A stretch of DNA of 64,000 bases from Candidatus Poribacteria bacterium (GTDB lineage Bacteria > Poribacteria > WGA-4E > PCPOR2b), in contig OZ244042.1 of the NCBI GenBank assembly GCA_965215015.1, positions 4,384,001 to 4,448,000 on the forward strand. Direction: 5' to 3'. Below the pieces are notes generated by a model. It was not told where the DNA came from and ran no database searches. It saw only the letters and a list, made by a program, of their open reading frames with translations. Of the stretch, positions 10,132 through 20,432 are shown piece after piece; within the stretch, counting starts at the first letter, position 1; each line of letters begins with the position of its first letter. The translations under genes and the position numbers were made by a program.

Positions 10132-10418
10132 TAACTTAAGTTGCTAGTATTAGGCATACTCCGTATGCCTTAACCTCCGTCCCATGAACCAACATAGCTC
10201 CAACGGGGCGACATGTACTACTTGCGTTAAGATAGGCACTAAAATTTCAGAGTAATTTTCTAAGCACCTTTTTGTGCAAATTTGTGCACAATGCTCAGAA
10301 ATGAGTCATAGCGTAAGTTCTGCCCCTTTTTGGCTTATCAAGTTTTTCGGTTTACTCTGAAAATTCTGAAACTTTCGAGCACTTCTCAACAATGTTTTGC
10401 GGCTAGCAACTTGAGTTA
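10132..10418. mobile_element. MITE-like element, family A (TIR TAACYYAAGTTGCTAG)
   Basis: taacttaagttgctag (10132) and ctagcaacttgagtta (10403-10418) are 15/16 inverted; contains the GGCATAC-TCC-GTATGCC REP. Confidence 0.6.
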
Positions 10419-10520
10419 AAATAGAGTGGTTTAGAACAAATGGAACGGAGATTCCTGTTCCCTACAATTGCTGTAAAATGTTAACATGCTCTAGCAACTT
10501 GGATTACAGAAAGGATTATC

Positions 10521-11387
10521 ATGAACACTAGTCCAATCATACCGGGTGAACCGTTTCATGAAGAAAAGACGCAGCAGATTGTCCAACAGTTCCATCGTGA
10601 TGGGTTTGTGCACATCCCCGGTGTATTGACGCCTGAAGAAATCACTGCGCTGCGTGACACAACCGATAGACTCTTTGCAGATGCGTCTCTTGCTGAAAAA
10701 ACGAATCCTCACCTCGCCGATACGAGGTACATCCAGCTGGGACAGCATGATGAATCCGGGGAGGAGCTTCCGTTCATTTTGAGAAATACAATTGAACTGG
10801 ATCCAATCTTTCGAGATATGCTCCTTCGAGAACCCATTCTCAGTTTGGCTGAAGCTATTGTGGGGAAAGATTGTAAGTTCTGTGGGCAAAATGTCCTACG
10901 AAACCTACCCGGTTTATCTATTGAGCGGTGGCATGTCGATGGTCAGGTGCATTTCCCGCTCCCCAAAGAGGTGCCTCGCTTTGATCCACGGATTAAAATG
11001 CAGGTCTTGTGGATTACTGTCCAGATGGCACTCACAGACATTGAGTCTATGAATCAGGGTCCAACGCAGTACGTTCCCGGTAGCCACTATTCTGGACGCG
11101 GACCGAATGATCAAGATTATCCGGAGTTTGAAGGTCGCGGCCCTACATCGGTGTTCTGTAAGGCTGGGGATATCTACTTGCAAGACCCTCAGTGCTGGCA
11201 TCGCGGGGCGCCCAACCGATCCAATCGCACACGCTATATCTTACAATCGCAGTACGCTGCACGATGGGCATATTGGCGCTTTAACTTGTGTAATCAGGTG
11301 CCCGTTCCCGAAGATTACCTACAAACCGCCGATAATCGCTTGCTGAACCTATTGGGACGAAGCCGCCCGGATAGTGTCCACAATTAA
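10521..11387 (+). CDS. Phytanoyl-CoA dioxygenase (PhyH) family
   Basis: FHRDGFVHIPGVL, WHVD (HxD), PGSH, WHRG. Confidence 0.9.
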   Translation: MNTSPIIPGEPFHEEKTQQIVQQFHRDGFVHIPGVLTPEEITALRDTTDRLFADASLAEKTNPHLADTRYIQLGQHDESGEELPFILRNTIELDPIFRDMLLREPILSLAEAIVGKDCKFCGQNVLRNLPGLSIERWHVDGQVHFPLPKEVPRFDPRIKMQVLWITVQMALTDIESMNQGPTQYVPGSHYSGRGPNDQDYPEFEGRGPTSVFCKAGDIYLQDPQCWHRGAPNRSNRTRYILQSQYAARWAYWRFNLCNQVPVPEDYLQTADNRLLNLLGRSRPDSVHN

Positions 11388-11439
11388 TCTTTCTTAAAAC
11401 GGACAGGACAAGTTTGGATAGCTAAAAGGAAAGAAAGTC

Positions 11440-14400
11440 ATGAAAGTAAAAGCCACAATACTAGTTAGTTTGACCCTTATGCTGAATATCGTTTGGGGTG
11501 CCTTTGGTCAAGAAGAAGTGGTGGTTGTTCCCGAAATTTTCCTGAGAGGCTACGATCCTGTTACCGTTTTTTTCCTTGAAGGCAGGGGGCAGAAAGCCGG
11601 TGAACCGGCGGATGACCCCGGCGCGCTGCTCCAAATTGAGCCCAATCACCCCGGCGAATATCGATGGTTGGACGCCAAAACTCTACAGTTCTTGCCCACC
11701 GTGCGTTGGCCCGCCCTGCGTCGCTTTAAGATAACTGTCAACAGAGTGGCACATACCCTTGTTACGCTAATGGCAGCACCGAAAAGTATTTCACCCTCTA
11801 ACGGCAGTCGAGAACTGGAGCCGATTCAAGAAATACAGCTATCCTTTGCGGACCGGCTAAATGTTGACGAGTTGAGTGCGATGCTTCGTTTTGAAGTGCG
11901 CCCGACACCGGGGCTAGAAGCTACCAGTGACGGGAAGGTGCCTGCATCTCTACAATTGACGACTCAGGATTTTACCATAAAAGAGATTGAACGGGCATCA
12001 ATTCGGGATGCAGTCCAGTACCAGATTAGTTTTGGCAATCCTATTCCTTATGGTAGGTTGGTCACTATGACGCTGCAGCTCTCGTTAGATGAGCGCTTAA
12101 AGGGGGCACTTGTTCGATACACTTTTGGGACCCAAACCGTTTTTAGATTGACCGGCATCGGTTGTGAGAGTGTCGTCTTTCCTGTTGCCGCTAAAGGTAG
12201 TACCTATCCAATAGAGCAACCCCTTCAAGGTGGAGATGGCGATGAGCCGCTCTTTCTTGAATTCAGCCACGACCTGGGACCTGTTTCGATGGCAGCAGTG
12301 AAGCAATTGGTTCGATTTGAGCCCACTGTGAGGAATTTCCGTTTTAAGATTTCTGGAAAGCGACTCAATCTCCACTTTAGTCCCGAAAGAGAGCAGATTT
12401 ACCGATTAACTCTTCAAGAAACGGTTTTAAGGGACAGAAACGGCAGAGATCTATCGACATTTGGTGACACCGCCCTCTATTTTTACTATACCCAGGCCGA
12501 TCCTTACCTGCGATGGCGGCAAAGCAGGGGAATCCTTGAACGCTATGGGGCGCAGAAATTTCCGATGGAGGGACGTGGTGAAGAACAGGTCGATTTGCGG
12601 GTTTATAAGCTAGATCCACTGGATCGAAATTTTTGGCCTTTCCCGGGCAGGCCTGTGACAGTCAATGAGGAAGCCCGCCCCCCGGGGCCGGGTGAAGAGC
12701 CCGCTTTTGCCACAAATATGTCAAAACAGATCCAGCTACTTGGGAGTCCGCTCGTTTCGCGGTTGGTTCCGCTGCCGATGAAGGATCGAATGGGCACCCT
12801 CCGATTTGGTCTCAATCTGAAATCTTTATTGGCAAAAATCTCCGGCGAAAACCGACCGGGGACGTACCTCTTGGGCTATCGTAAAATCGGCAGCAGCACC
12901 CAACGAAATTATGCTCGTATTCAAGTGACCGATTTGAGCCTCAGCACGGTTGAGGAAGACTCAGCGGTGAACTTTGTCGTAACTGCTTTGAGTACCGGTA
13001 CGCCTGTGGTTGGGGCAAAGGTGATTGTCGAAGGACGGTATCATAGCGATTCAGAAAAGGTCTGGATGCCGATTATTTCAGGCATCACCGACAGCACAGG
13101 ACAGTTCCGTTATGAGCACAAAGAGGAGATTAAAGCCGTTCTACGCCGCATCGTGGTTAGTCACGAAGGGGACGTGCTGACACTTAATCCCGCTAAGCCA
13201 CCGCCCCATTTTCTGGACAACCACTGGTATAGTTCACGCAGAAGTTGGCTTGCTTGGCTAGAGAGGTCTCCACGCCAAGTCAAAGACAAGCCGGTGCGAA
13301 AGGCCCATATTTTTACAGAACGCCCTGTGTATCGCCCGGAAGAACCTGTCCACATCAAAGGATATTTGCGGCTGCGACATAGGGGCAGCCTCAAATATGA
13401 GGGGCATCGTCCCAGAACTCTGCGGATGGAAGGACCGGGAGATAAAAAGTGGACATATCCGCTCACCTTTACGGAGCTCGGCAGTTTTTATCATAAATTT
13501 GATGAGAAAGATTTGCCCACAGGAAGCTATCGAGCGAGCCTTCTCGATATCAGCGAGAATGAATTGGCTGCTGTAACCTTCAAAAAGGAGAGTTATCGTA
13601 TCCCTCGCTTTGAGGTTCAACTGTCCGGACCGGATATCGTTCCGACAGATAGGGCATTCACATTAACGATGACCGCTGACTACTATGCCGGCGGCAGGGT
13701 GGTCGATCAGGAGGTTACTTGGCGGGTTACACAGCAGGCCGATGGCTTCGGTGCACCAACCGAATACGCCGGGTTTCTATTTTCAACAGATCAGCGTTTT
13801 AGTGACGGGGCTCCTTTCCGCGCAGGAAGCATCACCAAAAAGGAGGTCACAGACAAAAACGGTTCTGCAACGCTGGAACTCAACCCTGCCTTGGAACCGG
13901 ATGGCAGATCCCGTCTATATGTGGTGGAAGCGACGGTGCGTGGTGCCGATGAACAGACGGTCACAGCCGCTAAAAGTGTGTTGGCGGCTCCTGCTTTTGT
14001 TTTGGGGTTGAAACTAGATCGATTTCTCAAGGATACACTAGTTATCAATCCACAGGTGCTGGTGTTGAACCATGAGAGAAAGCCGCTGGAAGGGTTGGAA
14101 TTCCATTTGCGTCTGATGCACCGTCAGTGGCATTCGTACCTCAAGGAGAGCGATTTCACGACAGGAAGGGCTGAATATGTAACCGACGTGGTAGATGTTC
14201 CTTTGATCCAACAAACGCTGGTTTCAACCACTGAACCGATGACACTATCATTGCCTGTCGAAGCGGCAGGCATTTACGTCGTTGAAATTGCAGCTCACGA
14301 CAGACTTGGCAGGCGACAAAGTGCATCCGCCGATCTGTACGTTGCTGACGATACCGCCGTGGCGTGGGAGAAGCCGCAGGCGAATGTCTTTGAAACTACA

Positions 14401-17187
14401 CCGGACAAAACTGCATACGATCCGGGGGAGGTAGTCAACCTGCTCCTAAAAAGTCCATTTCAGCAGGCAAGTGCCCTGATTATCGTGGAAGCTCCGAAAG
14501 CCAATCAGTACCATTGGGTTAATATTGAAAACGGTCAGGGGATTTTCCCTATACCGATTACCGGAGACATGACACCACGTATGCCGGTACATTCGCTGCT
14601 TTTGCGTGGACGGCTTGAAGGGATAGAGATGGCTGATGCGAGCACAGTTGATGTTGCCAAACCGATTACCATGGCAAGCACCGCTTGGGTTCAAGTCAAC
14701 CCGCGGGATAATCAACTCAAGATTGAATTAGAGCATCCCACTCAAAACCTGCCCGGCGCATCCATGCCGATGACAATCAAACTCAGCGATCCCGATGGAA
14801 ATCCGCTAAACGGTGAAGTTACCCTCTGGCTAGTCGATCGGGCTGTCCTTGCCCTCGGTCATGAGCAACGATTGGATCCTTTACCCTCCTTCATTGATGA
14901 AGTGAAAGCCCACATTCGTATCCGTGACACTCGGAACGAGGTTATCGGAGATTTAACCGTGAACGAGGTGCCCGGTGGGGATGGAAGACTTGGGTTTGAC
15001 GCAATGGCCGCACGATATGCGCTGTTTGGCAAGGTAACGGTGCGGAAAAACTTCCAGTCCGTTCCCTATTACAACCCCCTTGTGGAGGTGGTTGAAGGTG
15101 TTGCAACACTCACCATTGACCTGCCTGATAATCTGACAGACTTTGCTGTGCGAGCGGTGGTGACTGACGGTGCTGCCCGTTTCGGTTACGCCAAATCCGT
15201 CCTCTCCATTCGTTTGCCGCTGATCGTTCAATCTGCGCTGCCGCGCTTTGTGCGTCCGGGGGATAATTTTGTCGCGGGCGGCATTGGTCGAATCGTCGAA
15301 GGCGAAGGGGGGCCAGGACAGGTTGAGCTTCAGGTAGAAGGATTGGAGGTCGACGGTAAGATGCAGCACTCGGTGGACTGGGTGAAGGATCAGCCCAAAC
15401 AGCTCTACTTTCCGATGAAGGTCACTGCATCAGCCCCTACTGATGATAAAACCAGTGAGGTGAAGGTGCGCCTCGCTGTTAAGCGAGAAGTTGATGGAGC
15501 GATGGATGCTTTTGAAGTGACGTTGCCGGTCAAAAATGACAGCGAAAGACGCCGGTTAGAAGCCTTCGTGCCGCTCACGCCGGCTGAGACAATCTTTTTC
15601 CCGTCCCTCGAAGAAGAACCTAGGCCCGGAAACGTTCGCCAATCTGTGCTATTGACCTATCAACCCGCATTGGTGAAGATGCTATCGGGGCTCGATTACT
15701 TGACGCGTTACCCGTATGACTGCACGGAGCAGCGCATCAGCCAGTTGATGTCTGAGCTGGCACTCAAAAACCTGCTCGATCAGATTGGTCGAGGAGATCG
15801 TACCGAAGCCATTGACTTGTCAATGCGAGAGAACTTTGCCTATCTGGAGAGTGTGCTGCACCCCAGTGGGCTTTACAGCTGCTGGCCTGGCTCCCGTAGC
15901 TATGTCAGTCTAACCGCTTATGTGGTAGAGTTTCTGTTGATGGCAAAAGCACAGGGTTACGAATTTGATGAGAAACTCTTGGAAAAAGGGCTTAGTGGTT
16001 TGAGAGCCTCCCTGCGCTCGGATTATAGTCATTTTATTAATGGCAGGTCCCATGTCGAGCGTGCGGAAGCCCTTCATGCGTTGGCGATGGCTGATGACTT
16101 TCAAGATGCCTACGCGCACGACCTGCTTGCACGTGCCCTGACAATGGATCTCTATAGCGAAGCTAAAATCATGTATGCTTTTCTTAGAAAGGCACGAGAG
16201 GAAACCGAGTCAATTAATCGGCTCAGCCAGGATCTCTCAAAAAGTTTGGTCTTCGCGATTCAAAACGGGGAGGAGGTCTACCAAGGATTGCAGTATCGGG
16301 CAGAGAGCTGGGGTGGGTTAATCAATTCCAGCGAGGTCAAGACGCTTGCTAGCGTCGCTAGATCGCTTTATACCGTTGAGCCAGAAGGTCTGAAAACAGA
16401 GCTGCTCTTTGACGAACTGATTGCGCGTGGGGAAGCAAGCGGCTGGGGAAGCACCAATGCCAACGCCGCTGCCTTGCTCGCCTTGGGCGAGGTGTTTCGA
16501 CTGCAAACACCACCATCAACGGGTCATCAGTTTGTCCTGCAATTTGGAGATGCGTCTGTAGAAATCGACACGGCCGGAAAGGTTATCAGTCAATACGAGA
16601 CGATCGCTGCTAGCCCCGGTGGGGTGACGTGGAAATCGGGTCCCACCGATATACTGCCTTATGCACGGTTGAGACTGGACTATATGCCCGCGGCGAGCGG
16701 CGATCAGGTTGATGGCAAAAACGAGGGATTTGTCGTCGAGCGGTGGATTCAGATTGTCCGAGGCGAAAATGAACCACCTGTCGGGCGTCCGGTCAAAGCG
16801 GGAGAAGCCCTTGAAATAGAGATGGGAACTATTGTAGAGGAACACATCCGCGTGGTGAACCCGGAAGTGCGGCATTATGTTGCAGTGGCTGCGCCGTTTG
16901 CCGCCGGCTTTGAACCGATGAATCCAAATCTTGCCACCGCCTCACAGGCAGCCAAACCTGCCGGGACAATGACGCAGGAGCCTGCCTATGCACAATATCA
17001 GGATGACCAGGTCATCTTCTATTACGATACCCTCCCAAAGGGAACCTATGACTTTTACTTCCGGCTGAAGGCGAGTATTGCGGGGAGTTTCGTCCATCCA
17101 CCGGCAAAGGCAGAGATGATGTATAAAGAAATGGTCCGTGGTCGCTCTGATGGGACGCGCATCGTCGTTACACCTGATCGTAGATGA
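11440..17187 (+). CDS. Bacterial alpha-2-macroglobulin
   Basis: Signal peptide, MG domain FTERPVYRPEEPV, LPDNLT, LPRFVRPGD, thioester motif YPYDCTEQ, WGST, C-terminal PPAKAEMMY. Confidence 0.92.
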   Translation: MKVKATILVSLTLMLNIVWGAFGQEEVVVVPEIFLRGYDPVTVFFLEGRGQKAGEPADDPGALLQIEPNHPGEYRWLDAKTLQFLPTVRWPALRRFKITVNRVAHTLVTLMAAPKSISPSNGSRELEPIQEIQLSFADRLNVDELSAMLRFEVRPTPGLEATSDGKVPASLQLTTQDFTIKEIERASIRDAVQYQISFGNPIPYGRLVTMTLQLSLDERLKGALVRYTFGTQTVFRLTGIGCESVVFPVAAKGSTYPIEQPLQGGDGDEPLFLEFSHDLGPVSMAAVKQLVRFEPTVRNFRFKISGKRLNLHFSPEREQIYRLTLQETVLRDRNGRDLSTFGDTALYFYYTQADPYLRWRQSRGILERYGAQKFPMEGRGEEQVDLRVYKLDPLDRNFWPFPGRPVTVNEEARPPGPGEEPAFATNMSKQIQLLGSPLVSRLVPLPMKDRMGTLRFGLNLKSLLAKISGENRPGTYLLGYRKIGSSTQRNYARIQVTDLSLSTVEEDSAVNFVVTALSTGTPVVGAKVIVEGRYHSDSEKVWMPIISGITDSTGQFRYEHKEEIKAVLRRIVVSHEGDVLTLNPAKPPPHFLDNHWYSSRRSWLAWLERSPRQVKDKPVRKAHIFTERPVYRPEEPVHIKGYLRLRHRGSLKYEGHRPRTLRMEGPGDKKWTYPLTFTELGSFYHKFDEKDLPTGSYRASLLDISENELAAVTFKKESYRIPRFEVQLSGPDIVPTDRAFTLTMTADYYAGGRVVDQEVTWRVTQQADGFGAPTEYAGFLFSTDQRFSDGAPFRAGSITKKEVTDKNGSATLELNPALEPDGRSRLYVVEATVRGADEQTVTAAKSVLAAPAFVLGLKLDRFLKDTLVINPQVLVLNHERKPLEGLEFHLRLMHRQWHSYLKESDFTTGRAEYVTDVVDVPLIQQTLVSTTEPMTLSLPVEAAGIYVVEIAAHDRLGRRQSASADLYVADDTAVAWEKPQANVFETTPDKTAYDPGEVVNLLLKSPFQQASALIIVEAPKANQYHWVNIENGQGIFPIPITGDMTPRMPVHSLLLRGRLEGIEMADASTVDVAKPITMASTAWVQVNPRDNQLKIELEHPTQNLPGASMPMTIKLSDPDGNPLNGEVTLWLVDRAVLALGHEQRLDPLPSFIDEVKAHIRIRDTRNEVIGDLTVNEVPGGDGRLGFDAMAARYALFGKVTVRKNFQSVPYYNPLVEVVEGVATLTIDLPDNLTDFAVRAVVTDGAARFGYAKSVLSIRLPLIVQSALPRFVRPGDNFVAGGIGRIVEGEGGPGQVELQVEGLEVDGKMQHSVDWVKDQPKQLYFPMKVTASAPTDDKTSEVKVRLAVKREVDGAMDAFEVTLPVKNDSERRRLEAFVPLTPAETIFFPSLEEEPRPGNVRQSVLLTYQPALVKMLSGLDYLTRYPYDCTEQRISQLMSELALKNLLDQIGRGDRTEAIDLSMRENFAYLESVLHPSGLYSCWPGSRSYVSLTAYVVEFLLMAKAQGYEFDEKLLEKGLSGLRASLRSDYSHFINGRSHVERAEALHALAMADDFQDAYAHDLLARALTMDLYSEAKIMYAFLRKAREETESINRLSQDLSKSLVFAIQNGEEVYQGLQYRAESWGGLINSSEVKTLASVARSLYTVEPEGLKTELLFDELIARGEASGWGSTNANAAALLALGEVFRLQTPPSTGHQFVLQFGDASVEIDTAGKVISQYETIAASPGGVTWKSGPTDILPYARLRLDYMPAASGDQVDGKNEGFVVERWIQIVRGENEPPVGRPVKAGEALEIEMGTIVEEHIRVVNPEVRHYVAVAAPFAAGFEPMNPNLATASQAAKPAGTMTQEPAYAQYQDDQVIFYYDTLPKGTYDFYFRLKASIAGSFVHPPAKAEMMYKEMVRGRSDGTRIVVTPDRR

Positions 17188-17330
17188 GACAGATAATGCG
17201 GCTGACGCGGATAAGCTAGTGACTTAATACGCACCGATCCATAATCTAAGTAGGATTACAGAATTAATACGTCATGCGTAGTATGTGAGGCCCAAATTGC
17301 TTGCGTATTACGCATTATTCTTTCGCTCTT

Positions 17331-19244
17331 ATGCAAAACACGCCTGCCACCTTCCAAAGCGGTCTAACGGTAAAATCCTTTCTACTTGTCCTTGTGCTCA
17401 TCCCCTTCAACATCTGGTGGCTGATCGAGCTTGAAGTGGTTCGCGTTGGCTATCCAACAATCATCCACCCACAGGCGAATGTTATTTTTATTATTTTTTG
17501 GCTACTTTTGATTGGGTATGCCCTTCACAAACTCTCTCCGAAATTGGGTATTTCTCAGCAGGAGTTGTTGACCATCCACTTCATGCTGTGCATTGTCTCC
17601 TGCCTTTGTTCGTGGGATATGTTGCAGATTTTAATGCCAATTATGAGCTATCCGTTTCGATTTGCCACCCCTGAGAACGACTGGCGCAACCTATTTTGGA
17701 GGAATATCCCGGAGTGGCTTACGGTTTCAGACGAAAAGGCCTTACTTGGTTACTATGAAGGGGATTCAAGCCTATACACCGCCCGTTATCTGGAGGCGTG
17801 GTTCACTCCGATTGTCGCATGGAGTTCGTTCATCTTCGTGTTGATGCTTGTGTTGTTGTGCATTAACACGCTATTGCGGATTCAGTGGACTGAGCATGAG
17901 CGGTTAAGTTATCCCCTCACGCAACTCCCGTTAGAAATGACCCATCCTCGGTTGCGTTTTTTTAGGAATCGACTGATGTGGATTGGCTTCAGTATCGCAG
18001 CACTGATTAGTATCGTTAATCTACTCCATTCAATCTATCCTGTCATTCCGTACATCCCAGTCAAACGACAGGGAATCGGTGGAGGCATCCGGGTCTCTTT
18101 CTACCCGTTTGTTATTGGTATGAGTTTTATGATGCCGCGGGATCTCCTATTCTCATGCTGGGCATTTTTCTGGCTCTACAAGATTGAGTTGATGGTCGGC
18201 GATATGATGGGATGGCAAAACCTGCCGCGTTTCCCTTATGCGGCTGAACAAGGGTTCGGCGTGTATATGGGGTTGTTAGTATTTGCGCTCTGGATCGGTA
18301 GGGCGCATTTCATAGGGTTGGTGCGTCATCTATTTACCTCTTCCAAATCCCGCTTTCAACTGGATGACTCCAGCGAGCCGATGCCGTATCGCTTGGCGGT
18401 GATAGGCATCGTGTTTGGTATGATCTTCTTGACAGTTTTTTCCTACAAAGCAGGTATGTCGTTGTGGGTGATTCCTATTTTTTTCGGGATCTATTTCTTA
18501 TTATCGATTATGATCACCCGGTTACGTGCAGAGTTGGGGTTCATCGTCCACGGACACGGTTATCGGCCGGGCATCGATCCGCACACCATGATTGTTACCG
18601 GATTCGGCACTTGGCAACTCACGACCAACACCCTTACTGTTTTTTCAATGTATATGTTTTTCAATCGGGCCTACTGGGTCAATCCGATGCCGGAGCACCT
18701 GGAAGCGTTCAAGATGTCGGAAAGACGAAATATCAATCTGCGCCATACATCAATAGCTATTCTGCTTGCAACGGCGATCGGAGTGGTTGTGAGTTTCTGG
18801 TTTTTGTTGGACAGTTTCTACCGACATGGTCATGACTCCGCACATTTCCATCCGCATTCGCTATGGTATGGCCGTATGGCATACGGCCAACTTGAAAATT
18901 GGCTGAACTATCCTCGTGAGGCTGATGGACCCGCACTGGCGTTTATGGCAGGTGGATTTGGGTTGACAGCCATGCTGATGTTCTTGCGAACACGCTTTCT
19001 GTGGTGGCCCCTGCACCCTTTGGGCTATGTGACAGCGGATAGTTGGGGGATGTTCAATCTATGGTCCTGTATCTTCGTTGCCTGGGTGATTAAATCAATT
19101 ATATTCCGTTATGGCGGACTTGGATCGTATCGTCGAGCCGTGCCTTTCTTTTTAGGTGTTGCGCTCGGAGACTATATTGTGGGGTTTATCTGGAGCATCT
19201 TGAGTATTCTGACCGATACCCCATTGTATAGTTTTTTTCCCTAA
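17331..19244 (+). CDS. Multi-TM DUF6785/DUF6784-type membrane protein (putative transporter)
   Basis: Many TM helices; QWTEHERLSYP, RLRAELG, WWPLHPLGY, PFFLGVALGD; paralogous to 32044 and 34304. Confidence 0.75.
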   Translation: MQNTPATFQSGLTVKSFLLVLVLIPFNIWWLIELEVVRVGYPTIIHPQANVIFIIFWLLLIGYALHKLSPKLGISQQELLTIHFMLCIVSCLCSWDMLQILMPIMSYPFRFATPENDWRNLFWRNIPEWLTVSDEKALLGYYEGDSSLYTARYLEAWFTPIVAWSSFIFVLMLVLLCINTLLRIQWTEHERLSYPLTQLPLEMTHPRLRFFRNRLMWIGFSIAALISIVNLLHSIYPVIPYIPVKRQGIGGGIRVSFYPFVIGMSFMMPRDLLFSCWAFFWLYKIELMVGDMMGWQNLPRFPYAAEQGFGVYMGLLVFALWIGRAHFIGLVRHLFTSSKSRFQLDDSSEPMPYRLAVIGIVFGMIFLTVFSYKAGMSLWVIPIFFGIYFLLSIMITRLRAELGFIVHGHGYRPGIDPHTMIVTGFGTWQLTTNTLTVFSMYMFFNRAYWVNPMPEHLEAFKMSERRNINLRHTSIAILLATAIGVVVSFWFLLDSFYRHGHDSAHFHPHSLWYGRMAYGQLENWLNYPREADGPALAFMAGGFGLTAMLMFLRTRFLWWPLHPLGYVTADSWGMFNLWSCIFVAWVIKSIIFRYGGLGSYRRAVPFFLGVALGDYIVGFIWSILSILTDTPLYSFFP

Positions 19245-19431
19245 TAAACTAACTTTAGAAAAAAATTTAGAGGTTCATATTAAGAAATCGTGCAACAAAA
19301 ACCGTAGGGAACAATTCTCGGTCGTAGACCGGATAACCGTTGTTTCTTACTGCAGGAAAACTCGGTTTCTCTTAGCGTTTGGCACTTTCTTTTAATATAA
19401 GTCATGTTGGAATTACTAAAGGAGGCTCCGT

Positions 19432-20154
19432 ATGGGTAAGCTAGATGATAAAGTTGCCCTCATCACAGGAGGGAATAGAGGGATTGGTAAGGGCATCGCA
19501 CTCGGCTTGGCGGCTGAAGGAGCAGCCCTTGTATTGGCTGCACGGGGTGTTGAAGAATTGAACCAGACCGCTGAGAAATTGAGGGAGGGTGGCACGCCTG
19601 TGCTCACTGTACCAACTGATGTCACCGATGAGGCACAAATTGAAGCATTGTTCGAGCGCACGATGGAAAAATTCAACCGCTTGGATATTCTGGTCAATAA
19701 TTCAGGAGCGTTCGATGGAGGGGCACTTGACGAACTTTCGACAGAAGCGTTGGATAATGTGCTCTCTGTCAACCTCCGTGCGCCTTTCCTGTGTACGCGT
19801 GCAGCGATGCGGATTATGAAGGAGCAGGGCGGTGGACGCATCATCAACATCGGGAGTATATCTGCACAGCGGGTTCGACCGCAGGCAGGACCTTACTGTG
19901 CATCCAAATTTGGTATTTGGGGATTGACTCAGGTGACAGCGTTGGAGGGACGGCCGCACGGAATTGTCGCGAGTTGTCTGCACCCGGGTGCTACGCAAGT
20001 CAGGGAGGTGCCAGATGGCAATGAACAAGCGGACAGAATGCAGGTAGATGAGCTGGCGCAGGCTGCGGTGCTCATGGCAACATTACCGCCGCATGTGAAT
20101 ATGCTTGAAGCAATCGTTCTGCCTGTGCAGCAACCCTATCTCGGTCGGGGGTAA
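19432..20154 (+). CDS. SDR family oxidoreductase
   Basis: TGGNRGIG, NNSG, YCASK. Confidence 0.92.
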   Translation: MGKLDDKVALITGGNRGIGKGIALGLAAEGAALVLAARGVEELNQTAEKLREGGTPVLTVPTDVTDEAQIEALFERTMEKFNRLDILVNNSGAFDGGALDELSTEALDNVLSVNLRAPFLCTRAAMRIMKEQGGGRIINIGSISAQRVRPQAGPYCASKFGIWGLTQVTALEGRPHGIVASCLHPGATQVREVPDGNEQADRMQVDELAQAAVLMATLPPHVNMLEAIVLPVQQPYLGRG

Positions 20155-20432
20155 TGACCTTAGTTGCTATATTCTGTTGACATTTGGCAAATTGAACCCA
20201 TTTCTGTTCCGAGAGTCTGCTGTCTGACGGGTACCTGATAAGGTCGGGATTCAAAACAGCTAGGGCTATGTGCCGGGCAAGATACCCGACCTACTTTGGC
20301 ATACAATGATGGCAATGTACTGGTAGCCACAGGTTTCCTAACCCGTGATCACCGATGCGTAATTTCTATAACAGATGCAATTCCCCTAACGGTATACGAA
20401 GTATGCCCACTACTTTGTGGCAACTTGGGTTA
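20155..20432. mobile_element. MITE-like element, family A, mosaic interior
   Basis: tgaccttagttgcta ... tggcaacttgggtta ends; 20172-20260 matches 44040-44129 inverted; 20335-20390 matches 45080-45135; REP at 20391-20410. Confidence 0.6.
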
